DNA from: Escherichia coli
GTDB taxonomy: Bacteria; Pseudomonadota; Gammaproteobacteria; Enterobacterales; Enterobacteriaceae
Assembly (NCBI RefSeq): GCF_044324785.1
Contig: NZ_CP172129.1
Length of the DNA stretch: 64,000 nt
Strand: one strand, 5' to 3'
The notes under the pieces were generated by a model. That model saw only the letters and a list, made by a program, of their open reading frames with translations, was not told where the DNA came from and searched no databases. The position numbers and the translations under genes were made by a program. How positions within the stretch are numbered: the stretch's first letter is position 1; each line of letters opens with the position of its first letter. Below are positions 9,799 to 20,026 of this stretch, piece by piece.

Positions 9799-12000
9799 AT
9801 GATGATAAGCAAAAAGTATACGCTTTGGGCTCTCAACCCACTGCTTCTTACCATGATGGCGCCAGCAGTCGCTCAACAAACCGATGATGAAACGTTCGTG
9901 GTGTCTGCCAACCGCAGCAATCGCACCGTAGCGGAGATGGCGCAAACCACCTGGGTTATCGAAAACGCCGAACTGGAACAGCAGATTCAGGGCGGCAAAG
10001 AGCTTAAAGACGCACTGGCTCAGCTGATCCCTGGCCTTGACGTCAGCAGCCGGAGCCGCACCAACTACGGTATGAATGTGCGTGGCCGCCCGCTGGTCGT
10101 GCTGGTTGACGGCGTGCGTCTCAACTCTTCACGTACCGACAGCCGACAACTGGACTCTATAGATCCTTTTAATATCGACCATATTGAAGTGATCTCCGGT
10201 GCGACGTCCCTGTACGGCGGCGGCAGTACCGGTGGCCTGATCAACATCGTGACCAAAAAAGGCCAGCCGGAAACCATGATGGAGTTTGAGGCTGGCACCA
10301 AAAGTGGCTTTAGCAGCAGTAAAGATCACGATGAACGCATTGCCGGAGCTGTCTCCGGCGGAAATGAGCATATCTCCGGACGTCTTTCCGTGGCATATCA
10401 GAAATTTGGCGGCTGGTTTGACGGTAACGGCGATGCCACCTTGCTTGATAACACCCAGACCGGCCTGCAGTACTCCGATCGGCTGGACATCATGGGAACT
10501 GGTACGCTGAACATCGATGAATCCCGGCAGCTTCAGTTGATCACACAGTACTATAAAAGCCAGGGCGACGACGATTACGGGCTTAATCTCGGGAAAGGCT
10601 TCTCTGCCATCAGAGGGACCAGCACGCCATTCGTCAGTAACGGGCTGAATTCCGACCGTATTCCCGGCACTGAGCGGCATTTGATCAGCCTGCAGTACTC
10701 TGACAGCGCTTTTCTGGGACAGGAGCTGGTCGGTCAGGTTTACTACCGCGATGAGTCGTTGCGATTCTACCCGTTCCCGACGGTAAATGCGAACAAACAG
10801 GTGACGGCTTTCTCTTCGTCACAGCAGGACACCGACCAGTACGGCATGAAACTGACTCTGAACAGCAAACCGATGGACGGCTGGCAAATCACCTGGGGGC
10901 TGGATGCTGATCATGAGCGCTTTACCTCCAACCAGATGTTCTTCGACCTGGCTCAGGCAAGCGCTTCCGGAGGGCTGAACAACAAGAAGATTTACACCAC
11001 CGGGCGCTATCCGTCGTATGACATCACCAACCTGGCGGCCTTCCTGCAATCAGGCTATGACATCAATAATCTCTTTACCCTCAACGGTGGCGTACGCTAT
11101 CAGTACACTGAAAACAAGATTGATGATTTCATCGGCTACGCGCAGCAACGGCAGATTGCCGCCGGGAAGGCTACATCCGCCGACGCCATTCCTGGCGGCT
11201 CAGTCGATTACGACAACTTCCTGTTCAACGCCGGTCTGCTGATGCACATCACCGAACGCCAGCAGGCATGGCTCAACTTCTCCCAGGGCGTGGAGCTGCC
11301 GGACCCGGGTAAATACTATGGTCGCGGCATCTATGGTGCTGCAGTGAACGGCCATCTTCCTCTAACAAAGAGTGTGAACGTCAGCGACAGCAAGCTGGAA
11401 GGCGTGAAAGTCGATTCTTATGAGCTGGGCTGGCGCTTTACTGGCAATAATCTGCGTACCCAAATCGCGGCCTACTATTCGATTTCTGATAAGAGCGTGG
11501 TGGCGAATAAAGATCTGACCATCAGCGTGGTGGACGACAAACGCCGTATTTACGGCGTGGAAGGTGCGGTGGACTACCTGATTCCTGATACTGACTGGAG
11601 TACCGGAGTGAACTTCAACGTGCTGAAAACTGAGTCGAAAGTGAACGGTACCTGGCAGAAATACGATGTGAAGACAGCAAGCCCATCAAAAGCGACAGCC
11701 TACATTGGCTGGGCACCGGACCCGTGGAGTCTGCGCGTGCAGAGCACCACCTCCTTTGACGTGAGCGACGCGCAGGGCTACAAGGTCGATGGCTATACCA
11801 CCGCGGATCTGCTCGGCAGTTATCAGCTTCCGGTGGGTACACTCAGCTTCAGCATTGAAAACCTCTTCGACCGTGACTACACCACTGTCTGGGGGCAGCG
11901 TGCACCACTGTACTACAGCCCGGGTTACGGCCCAGCGTCACTGTACGACTACAAAGGCAGGGGCCGAACCTTTGGTCTGAACTACTCTGTGCTGTTCTGA
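9799..12000 (+). CDS. iutA: TonB-dependent ferric aerobactin receptor IutA
   Basis: 733 aa with signal peptide ...MMAPAVAQQ, a TonB-box-like DETFVVSA and a C-terminal ...NYSVLF beta-barrel terminus. Confidence 0.95.
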   Translation: MMISKKYTLWALNPLLLTMMAPAVAQQTDDETFVVSANRSNRTVAEMAQTTWVIENAELEQQIQGGKELKDALAQLIPGLDVSSRSRTNYGMNVRGRPLVVLVDGVRLNSSRTDSRQLDSIDPFNIDHIEVISGATSLYGGGSTGGLINIVTKKGQPETMMEFEAGTKSGFSSSKDHDERIAGAVSGGNEHISGRLSVAYQKFGGWFDGNGDATLLDNTQTGLQYSDRLDIMGTGTLNIDESRQLQLITQYYKSQGDDDYGLNLGKGFSAIRGTSTPFVSNGLNSDRIPGTERHLISLQYSDSAFLGQELVGQVYYRDESLRFYPFPTVNANKQVTAFSSSQQDTDQYGMKLTLNSKPMDGWQITWGLDADHERFTSNQMFFDLAQASASGGLNNKKIYTTGRYPSYDITNLAAFLQSGYDINNLFTLNGGVRYQYTENKIDDFIGYAQQRQIAAGKATSADAIPGGSVDYDNFLFNAGLLMHITERQQAWLNFSQGVELPDPGKYYGRGIYGAAVNGHLPLTKSVNVSDSKLEGVKVDSYELGWRFTGNNLRTQIAAYYSISDKSVVANKDLTISVVDDKRRIYGVEGAVDYLIPDTDWSTGVNFNVLKTESKVNGTWQKYDVKTASPSKATAYIGWAPDPWSLRVQSTTSFDVSDAQGYKVDGYTTADLLGSYQLPVGTLSFSIENLFDRDYTTVWGQRAPLYYSPGYGPASLYDYKGRGRTFGLNYSVLF

Positions 12001-12029
12001 CCGGTATTCCTTTACAACAAAGGTACGCT

Positions 12030-12065
12030 GATATCAACATGGCCGCTGACAGCCAAGTTGATATC
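12030..12065 (+). terminator. Hairpin downstream of iutA (14-bp stem, 1 mismatch)
   Basis: gatatcaacatggc / gccaagttgatatc flank an 8-nt loop, 30 nt after the iutA stop. No clean U-tract follows. Confidence 0.45.
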
Positions 12066-12072
12066 ATATAAT

Positions 12073-12133
12073 ACACGACATAATCTGTAGTCAGGGAGGA
12101 TAGACTCTTTACTGACTACAGATTATGTCGTGT
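12073..12133. repeat. Perfect 22-bp inverted repeat with 17-nt spacer
   Basis: acacgacataatctgtagtcag (12073-12094) and ctgactacagattatgtcgtgt (12112-12133). Confidence 0.9.
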
Positions 12134-12419
12134 TCCGTGCTCATTTCCTCAAAAAATACAAGAAAAGAATTAGTATTCTAACAAAAAGTGAAATAAATTG
12201 TATCAAACTCCCTCTTTTAATCCTGTTGAGTAAATCAGCTTTTGCAATAGGATTGAAAGAGTGTAAGTGGAATCTCTTCCGGATACTCGTTACCACCGTG
12301 GCTAGAATATCTACGGCTGCGGGCCAGTAATAGATTAAGTGATAACAGCTGTCTGGAAATGTAGGGGCGTATCCACTAATCATAATCATTGTGAGATAAA
12401 TATTACGGGGCATTTTATA

Positions 12420-12469
12420 ATGAATAAAATATACTCTCTAAAATATTGTCATATTACCAATACCATGAA
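12420..12469 (+). pseudogene. 5' remnant (16 codons) of an autotransporter gene with extended signal peptide region, truncated by IS1
   Basis: ATG at 12420 encodes MNKIYSLKYCHITNTM, matching the MNKIYxLKYC/S ESPR consensus of SPATE-type autotransporters (SepA, EspC and Pic N-termini as remembered). The reading frame runs straight into the IS1 left repeat at 12470. Confidence 0.6.
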
Positions 12470-12524
12470 GGTGATGCTGCCAACTTACTGATTTAGTGTA
12501 TGATGGTGTTTTTGAGGTGCTCCA

Positions 12525-12800
12525 GTGGCTTCTGTTTCTATCAGCTGTCCCTCCTGTTCAGCTACTGACGGGGTGGTGCGTAACGGCAAAAGCACCGCCG
12601 GACATCAGCGCTATCTCTGCTCTCACTGCCGTAAAACATGGCAACTGCAGTTCACTTACACCGCTTCTCAACCCGGTACGCACCAGAAAATCATTGATAT
12701 GGCCATGAATGGCGTTGGATGCCGGGCAACTGCCCGCATTATGGGCGTTGGCCTCAACACGATTTTACGTCACTTAAAAAACTCAGGCCGCAGTCGGTAA
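12525..12800 (+). CDS. insA: IS1 InsA
   Basis: 91 aa [51 protein letters not shown]... The A6C slippery run at 12776-12782 supports the -1 frameshift into insB. Confidence 0.95.
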
Positions 12801-13222
12801 CCTCGCGCATACAGCCGGGCAGTGACGTCATCGTCTGCGCGGAAATGGACGAACAGTGGGGCTATGTCGGGGCTAAATCGCGCCAGCGCTGGCTGTTTTA
12901 CGCGTATGACAGTCTCCGGAAGACGGTTGTTGCGCACGTATTCGGTGAACGCACTATGGCGACGCTGGGGCGTCTTATGAGCCTGCTGTCACCCTTTGAC
13001 GTGGTGATATGGATGACGGATGGCTGGCCGCTGTATGAATCCCGCCTGAAGGGAAAGCTGCACGTAATCAGCAAGCGATATACGCAGCGAATTGAGCGGC
13101 ATAACCTGAATCTGAGGCAGCACCTGGCACGGCTGGGACGGAAGTCGCTGTCGTTTTCAAAATCGGTGGAGCTGCATGACAAAGTCATCGGGCATTATCT
13201 GAACATAAAACACTATCAATAA
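12719..13222 (+). CDS. insB: IS1 InsB frame (expressed as InsAB' transposase by -1 frameshifting)
   Basis: 167-aa ORF overlapping the insA 3' end in the -1 frame, the classical IS1 organisation. Confidence 0.93.
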
Positions 13223-13419
13223 GTTGGAGTCATTACCGCCTTGACCATCAGATAGTTATTTTGGTGCTAGGGATACTGAGTGTGAACAGTTAGCGCGCGT
13301 CCTCGCCAGTTAGCTCGCTACGCTCGGTTACACGACGGCTACGAGTACTAGTGATAATTATTGACTGAGGTATGTGCTCTTCCTGTTTCCTTTTTTGATG
13401 TGTTGCTCTCATTTTAAAC

Positions 13420-13500
13420 AACTTTGCGGTTTTTTGACTACTTTGCAATTTTGTTGTTGCTTTGCAATAAAATGCAAGATTAAATGAAAATATGCAAAGC
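13420..13500 (+). promoter_or_regulatory. sopAB promoter/operator with CTTTGC SopA-binding hexamers
   Basis: CTTTGC at 13422-13427, 13441-13446 and 13460-13465, and the inverted GCAAAG at 13494-13499, immediately upstream of sopA. Confidence 0.75.
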
Positions 13501-13521
13501 AATGATTAAAGGATGTTCAGA

Positions 13522-14688
13522 ATGAGACTCATGGAAACACTTAACCAGTGCATAAACGCTGGTCATGAAATGACGAAGGCTATCGCCATTGCACAGTTTA
13601 ATGATGACAGCCCGGAAGCGAGGAAAATCACCCGACGCTGGAGAATAGGTGAAGCAGCGGATTTAGTTGGAGTATCTTCTCAGGCTATCAGGGATGCCGA
13701 GAAAGCAGGCCGGCTACCGCACCCGGATATGGAAATACGAGGACGGGTTGAGCAACGTGTTGGTTATACAATTGAACAAATTAATCATATGCGTGACGTG
13801 TTTGGTACGAGACTACGACGTGCTGAAGACGTATTTCCGCCGGTGATTGGAGTTGCTGCTCATAAAGGGGGCGTTTACAAAACCTCTGTTTCTGTTCATC
13901 TTGCTCAGGATCTGGCTCTGAAGGGATTACGTGTTCTGCTCGTGGAAGGTAACGACCCCCAGGGAACAGCATCGATGTATCACGGCTGGGTGCCAGATCT
14001 TCATATTCATGCAGAGGATACTCTCCTTCCCTTCTATCTTGGGGAAAAGGACGATGTCACTTATGCAATAAAGCCTACTTGCTGGCCTGGGCTTGACATT
14101 ATTCCTTCCTGTTTGGCTCTGCACCGCATTGAAACTGAGCTAATGGGCAAATTTGATGAAGGTAAATTGCCCACCGATCCACACCTGATGCTCCGACTGG
14201 CCATTGAAACCGTCGCTCATGACTATGATGTCATTGTCATTGACAGCGCGCCTAACCTAGGTATCGGCACGATTAATGTTGTATGTGCTGCTGATGTGTT
14301 GATTGTCCCCACGCCTGCTGAGTTGTTCGACTACACTTCCGCTCTGCAGTTTTTCGATATGCTTCGTGATCTGCTCAAAAACGTAGATCTTAAAGGATTC
14401 GAGCCTGATGTACGTATTTTGCTTACCAAATACAGTAATAGTAATGGTTCTCAGTCCCCGTGGATGGAGGAGCAAATTCGGGACGCCTGGGGAAGCATGG
14501 TCCTAAAAAATGTTGTGCGTGAAACGGATGAAGTTGGTAAAGGTCAGATCCGGATGAGAACTGTTTTTGAACAGGCTATTGATCAACGCTCTTCAACAGG
14601 TGCCTGGAGAAATGCCCTTTCTATTTGGGAACCTGTCTGCAATGAAATTTTCGATCGTTTGATTAAACCACGCTGGGAGATTAGATAA
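13522..14688 (+). CDS. sopA: Partition ATPase SopA (ParA family, 388 aa)
   Basis: [40 protein letters not shown]... with deviant Walker A KGGVYKTS. The F SopA length is obtained from the ATG at 13522. An alternative in-frame ATG lies at 13513. Confidence 0.93.
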   Translation: MRLMETLNQCINAGHEMTKAIAIAQFNDDSPEARKITRRWRIGEAADLVGVSSQAIRDAEKAGRLPHPDMEIRGRVEQRVGYTIEQINHMRDVFGTRLRRAEDVFPPVIGVAAHKGGVYKTSVSVHLAQDLALKGLRVLLVEGNDPQGTASMYHGWVPDLHIHAEDTLLPFYLGEKDDVTYAIKPTCWPGLDIIPSCLALHRIETELMGKFDEGKLPTDPHLMLRLAIETVAHDYDVIVIDSAPNLGIGTINVVCAADVLIVPTPAELFDYTSALQFFDMLRDLLKNVDLKGFEPDVRILLTKYSNSNGSQSPWMEEQIRDAWGSMVLKNVVRETDEVGKGQIRMRTVFEQAIDQRSSTGAWRNALSIWEPVCNEIFDRLIKPRWEIR

Positions 14689-15659
14689 TGAAGCGTGCGC
14701 CTGTCATTCCAAAACATACGATTAAGACTCAACCGCTTGAAGATACTCCGTCATCGGCACCAGCTGCACCGATGGTGGATTCGTTAATTGCGCGCGTAGG
14801 AGCTATGGCTCGTGGCAATGCTATTACTTTGCCTGTATGTGGTAGGGACGTGAAATTTACCCTTGAGGTGCTCCGGGGAGATAGTGTTGAGAAGACCTCT
14901 CGGGTATGGTCAGGTAATGAACGTGACCAGGAACTGCTTACCGAAGACGCCCTGGATGATCTTATCCCTTCTTTTCTACTGACAGGTCAGCAGACACCAG
15001 CATTCGGTCGAAGAGTGTCTGGGGTCATAGAAATTGCCGATGGGAGCCGCCGTCGTAAAGCTGCTGCACTTACAGAAAGTGATTATCGAGTTCTGGTTGG
15101 TGAGCTGGATGATGAGCAGATGGCTGCATTGTCCAGATTGGGTAACGATTATAGGCCAACAAGTGCTTATGAACGTGGTCAGCGTTATGCAAGCCGATTG
15201 CAGAATGAATTTGCTGGAAATATTTCTGCGCTGGCTGATGCAGAAAATATTTCACGTAAGATTATTACCCGCTGTATCAACACAGCTAAACTGCCTAAAT
15301 CAGTTGTTGCTCTTTTTTCTCATCCCGGTGAACTATCTGCCCGGTCAGGTGATGCACTTCAAAGAGCTTTTACAGATAAAGAAGAATTACTTAAGCAGCA
15401 GGCATCTAACCTTCACGAGCAGAAAAAAGCAGGAGTGATATTTGAAGCTGAAGAAGTCATCACTCTTTTAACGTCTGTGCTTAAAACGTCATCTGCCTCA
15501 AGAACTAGCTTAAGCTCACGACATCAGTTTGCTCCTGGAGCGACAGTGTTGTACAAGGGCGATAAAATGGTGTTAAACCTAGATAGATCTCGTATTCCAA
15601 CTGAGTGTATAGAGAGAATTGAAGCCATTCTTAAGGAACTTGAAAAAGCGGCACTTTGA
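14688..15659 (+). CDS. sopB: Centromere-binding protein SopB (ParB family)
   Basis: 323 aa, start overlapping the sopA stop, followed by sopC repeats. Confidence 0.95.
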   Translation: MKRAPVIPKHTIKTQPLEDTPSSAPAAPMVDSLIARVGAMARGNAITLPVCGRDVKFTLEVLRGDSVEKTSRVWSGNERDQELLTEDALDDLIPSFLLTGQQTPAFGRRVSGVIEIADGSRRRKAAALTESDYRVLVGELDDEQMAALSRLGNDYRPTSAYERGQRYASRLQNEFAGNISALADAENISRKIITRCINTAKLPKSVVALFSHPGELSARSGDALQRAFTDKEELLKQQASNLHEQKKAGVIFEAEEVITLLTSVLKTSSASRTSLSSRHQFAPGATVLYKGDKMVLNLDRSRIPTECIERIEAILKELEKAAL

Positions 15660-15750
15660 TGCGGCACGTTTTAGTCTACATTTATCTGTCTTTACTTAAT
15701 TTCCTTTAGCACAGGCTAGAAAACATAACTAACTGGCCTGAATATTATAT

Positions 15751-16137
15751 CTGGGACCACGGTCCCAGTTGTATTGTCGGTCTGATAATCAGTCTGGGAC
15801 CACGGTCCCACTCATATTGTCGGTCTGATAATCAGTCTGGGACCACGGTCCCACTCATATTGTTGGTCTGCTAATCAGTCTGGGACCACGGTCCCACTCA
15901 TATTGTCGGTCTGCTAATCAGTCTGGGACCACGGTCCCACTCATATTGTTGGTCTGATTATCGGTCTGGGACCACGGTCCCACTCATATTGTTAGTCTGA
16001 TAATCAGTCTGGGACCGCGGTCCCACTCGTATTGTTGGTCTGCTAATCAGTCTGGGACCACGGTCTCACTTGTATTGTCGATCTGATTATCAGCGTGAGA
16101 CTACGATTCCATTAATGCCTGCCAGTGAGTGTGTGGA
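15751..16137. repeat. sopC: sopC centromere: 8 intact 43-bp tandem repeats plus 1 degenerate unit
   Basis: Units start at 15751, 15794, 15837, 15880, 15923, 15966, 16009 and 16052. Each carries the 16-bp palindrome TGGGACCACGGTCCCA. A degenerate ninth unit (cgtgagactacgattcca) begins near 16094. Confidence 0.93.
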
Positions 16138-16705
16138 ACATATCTTGGCCAGTGGCTTGGTCTGTGATGTGCTGCGTATACCGGGTGAACCGCCCCGCCG
16201 CTTGTTTGACCGCTATATTCTGCGGGAGTTTTCTTGGAGGCACGGGATGAAATCCGCAGCATGGCGGATGCCCTGGCAAAAATCCGGAAATGATGACGAT
16301 GGCGGGGAAAATCCCCGCCTTTTTCCTGCCGGTCCCCGGACAGAGCACAAAGGAAGTCGCCGCCGGCTCCGCTTTACCCGGCCATGCGGAGCATGGCCTT
16401 GTGGGGGTTCAGTTATGTGGACGTCGAGTCGTGTGCGGGCTGTGCCGTGCCTCCATCTTAGCCGGGCTGGCGTTGATGCAAGCAACTGTCTTAATGGGAG
16501 GCGGTTATCTGAAAAAAGTACGGGATAATATTATGGAATCGCCCATCTCAAGCAAAAAACTGACTCGCTTCGATACTACGCTGACAGGCTGTTTTGAGCG
16601 AGATATCTCTCGTGTCGGGCATCGACATTTTAAATGATTCTAAATAATATGAGCAGGGTCAGTCTTATTAAAGATTAAAACACCGGATAACAAGTTTTAT
16701 TGATT

Positions 16706-17281
16706 ATGGATGAAGAGAAAACTCGTGCTGAAGTGGCACACATAGAATTTATTTCATATGGTACGTCTCGAATTTTTGATAGGCGTATGAGATCCTTAGA
16801 CTGGAAGCGTAAGGTTGTCACCTTCCTTGGGGTCTTTGTTCCACTGATGATAGGTTGTGCAGTTTTATCATTCGGACTTGAAGCTCCATTTCTGCCGCTT
16901 TGCATCACAATTGCCGGTGTGGCAAGTATCATGCAATTGGGGTTCTCGCTGTGGTCTTTGGTTTCCGGATGGGATCGCTCATATAGTGATTGCATGGCTT
17001 CCGTTAAGGAAAATACAGCCATTTATAACCTAGCTGGTAGTGTTCGCAAGAAAATAGGTAAGCTTGACGAAGCCAAATTGGAAATTTTGATAGACGATTT
17101 GACGGAAAAATTTGAGCGAAGGGAGCAGGAAGACTTAACTTTGTGTGTGAGTGATAAAGAACTTCGTTATGCAAACCGTATGTCCTGTTTCTACTTCAAA
17201 AAAAAATGCCATATTTGTAATGTCGTTCCCCTAACTTTGAAACCGGGAAAATGTGTTTGTGATGGTTGTGGGAAATTTTAA
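16706..17281 (+). CDS. Hypothetical 2-TM protein, SLATT-like architecture with C-terminal Cys cluster (CHIC-x11-CVCDGC)
   Basis: 191 aa from the ATG at 16706 (the track uses TTG at 16700). A charged N-terminal helix is followed by two adjacent hydrophobic helices (VVTFLGVFVPLMIGCAVLSFGL and FLPLCITIAGVASIMQLGFSLWSLV). A charged helical region and then a Cys-rich tail complete the protein. AT-rich relative to the flanks. No strong SD. Confidence 0.7.
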   Translation: MDEEKTRAEVAHIEFISYGTSRIFDRRMRSLDWKRKVVTFLGVFVPLMIGCAVLSFGLEAPFLPLCITIAGVASIMQLGFSLWSLVSGWDRSYSDCMASVKENTAIYNLAGSVRKKIGKLDEAKLEILIDDLTEKFERREQEDLTLCVSDKELRYANRMSCFYFKKKCHICNVVPLTLKPGKCVCDGCGKF

Positions 17282-17293
17282 CAAGGAGAACAT

Positions 17294-17506
17294 ATGAGTA
17301 GTGCAAAAATTCTTAACGCTTACTTCGAGGCTTCTGAAGAAGATCGAAAGGAGTTCCTACGGGTTCTTAGTCATTTTTATAAGGATAACCGAAGAGTACC
17401 TCTGCAAGAGGGCATGGAGAGCTTTGCCGTCAATGAAAGCATCCGTAAATCGCAGTCAATTAACTTTGCCCCTATGCAAGGTGGGTGTCCACTCTGCGGC
17501 AAGTAA
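17294..17506 (+). CDS. Hypothetical 70-aa protein ending in CPLCGK, likely co-transcribed with the 2-TM protein
   Basis: ATG lies 12 nt after the upstream stop and is preceded by AAGGAG. The N-terminus is acidic and helical (EASEEDRKEFLRVLSHFYKD), and a CxxC sits at the extreme C-terminus. Confidence 0.65.
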   Translation: MSSAKILNAYFEASEEDRKEFLRVLSHFYKDNRRVPLQEGMESFAVNESIRKSQSINFAPMQGGCPLCGK

Positions 17507-17513
17507 CGACCAA

Positions 17514-17532
17514 AGCCGCTTGACTAGCGGCT
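17514..17532 (+). terminator. Hairpin after the two-gene cassette
   Basis: agccgct / agcggct 7-bp stem with a 5-nt loop, 8 nt after the stop. A T-rich stretch (gatagatttctttat) follows. Confidence 0.45.
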
Positions 17533-17559
17533 TGATAGATTTCTTTATATTGTAACTAG

Positions 17560-18940
<1,381 letters not shown>

Positions 18941-19139
18941 TCCCTCCTTCCCGTCTGCCGTGATTTTCCGGTCGTTTACCCGCTCAGATTTCGCGGTCTC
19001 ACCCTCCAACTCCCGCCAGCCGTGTGTGTCAGGCTGCGGCTTCCCTTGCGCCCTTTGCATCCCCGCCTTATCGCCCGGCTTTTATGGAGGCACGGCACAG
19101 CCCGGTGTCGCGGAATATGTGAACAACGGAGGAAATCCC

Positions 19140-19565
19140 ATGCAGTATGCGAAACCTGTCACTCTGAATGTTGAAGAGTGCGACCGTCTGTCTTTTCTGC
19201 CTTACCTGTTTGGCAACGATTTTCTGTATGCCGAAGCATATGTGTACGCGCTGGCGCAAAAAATGATGCCGGAATATCAGGGAGGCTTCTGGCACTTCAT
19301 CCGCCTGCCGGACGGTGGCGGTTACATGATGCCGGATGGCGACCGTTTTCATCTGGTTAACGGTGAAAACTGGTTTGACCGCACGGTCAGTGCCGATGCC
19401 GCAGGCATCATTCTGACTTCCCTTGTGATTAACCGCCAGTTGTGGCTGTACCACGACAGCGGTAACGCAGGGCTGACACACCTGTACCGGATGCGTGATG
19501 CGCAGTTGTGGAGCCACATCGAATTTCACCCCGAATGTAACGCGATTTACGCGGCGCTGGACTGA
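19140..19565 (+). CDS. klcA: Antirestriction protein, KlcA/ArdB family (141 aa)
   Basis: [67 protein letters not shown]... matches the remembered Antirestrict/KlcA family of F-like leading regions. The ATG at 19140 has GGAGG upstream. The upstream part of the track ORF is GC-rich non-coding. Confidence 0.8.
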   Translation: MQYAKPVTLNVEECDRLSFLPYLFGNDFLYAEAYVYALAQKMMPEYQGGFWHFIRLPDGGGYMMPDGDRFHLVNGENWFDRTVSADAAGIILTSLVINRQLWLYHDSGNAGLTHLYRMRDAQLWSHIEFHPECNAIYAALD

Positions 19566-19654
19566 TTAACGGACGGGGCGGCAATGCCGCCCCTGTAAAG
19601 GAGACGAGAACATGTACTGTTAAAGAAATTATCCGCGATGTACTGGATACAGAC

Positions 19655-20026
19655 GTGCCGGACAGTGAATGCGTTTTTGCCGTGGTGCTGACCCGTGGGA
19701 ATGTGCGCCATATGGCTCAGGACTGGAACCTGTCAGACGATGAGCTGGAAACCGTCATGCAGCGGCTGGACGATGCTTTTGTATATGGCGCATGTGACAG
19801 AGTTGTTTCCGATATTGTCAATGAACTGATGGAGGAAAAGCGCGTAAACCGCCTTGTAACAGTCCCTGCGGTGCTGCTGGAAAAAGTGATGGTGATGGCT
19901 GGTAGTGAAATTTATCGCCTCCATGCTGTCGGGAGCGAGAACGGGGGCGACGGTGACGCATTTGTCAGGGAAGAACGTGAGATTATGCGGGTGATGCGTC
20001 AGGCGCTGGACGGGGAGAACGGGTAA
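19655..20026 (+). CDS. Leading-region hypothetical protein (123 aa as called; 5' end probably frameshifted)
   Basis: Long acidic ORF. The only in-frame start is GTG at 19655, yet a strong SD and ATG (19612) sit 43 nt upstream in another frame (see findings). Confidence 0.6.
   Translation: MPDSECVFAVVLTRGNVRHMAQDWNLSDDELETVMQRLDDAFVYGACDRVVSDIVNELMEEKRVNRLVTVPAVLLEKVMVMAGSEIYRLHAVGSENGGDGDAFVREEREIMRVMRQALDGENG

Larger units (their letters stand above)
12470..13237 (+). mobile_element. IS1 (768 bp)
   Basis: Starts GGTGATGCTGCCAACTTACTGAT and ends ...AAGTTGGAGTCATTACC, with insA/insB inside and a length of exactly 768 bp. The flanking 9 bp differ (taccatgaa vs gccttgacc). Confidence 0.97.

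Noticed and set aside
12141-12413. 90-aa minus-strand ORF in the AT-rich gap after iutA.
   Set aside because: It has no RBS, odd composition and no recognisable motif. It lies in what is probably the promoter/leader of the truncated autotransporter gene.
12719-12800. The overlap of insA and insB might look like an annotation conflict or a frameshift mutation.
   Set aside because: It is the normal IS1 programmed -1 frameshift arrangement, with the A6C slippery run at 12776-12782.
15751-16137. The regular 43-bp repeat array looked superficially CRISPR-like.
   Set aside because: There are no unique spacers: the whole 43-bp period repeats. Each unit carries the SopB-binding palindrome, and the array directly follows sopB. 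It is the sopC centromere.
16070-16637. Overlapping GC-rich ORFs (152, 115, 90 and 78 aa) right after sopC.
   Set aside because: They overlap mutually in several frames, begin inside the last sopC repeats, and coincide with the left inverted-repeat arm. I treat this as structured non-coding backbone, though a short genuine remnant near 16533-16637 cannot be excluded.
16675-17022. 115-aa minus-strand ORF opposite the SLATT-like gene.
   Set aside because: It is an antisense frame with no RBS. The plus-strand frame has coherent TM and Zn-ribbon features and a coupled downstream gene.
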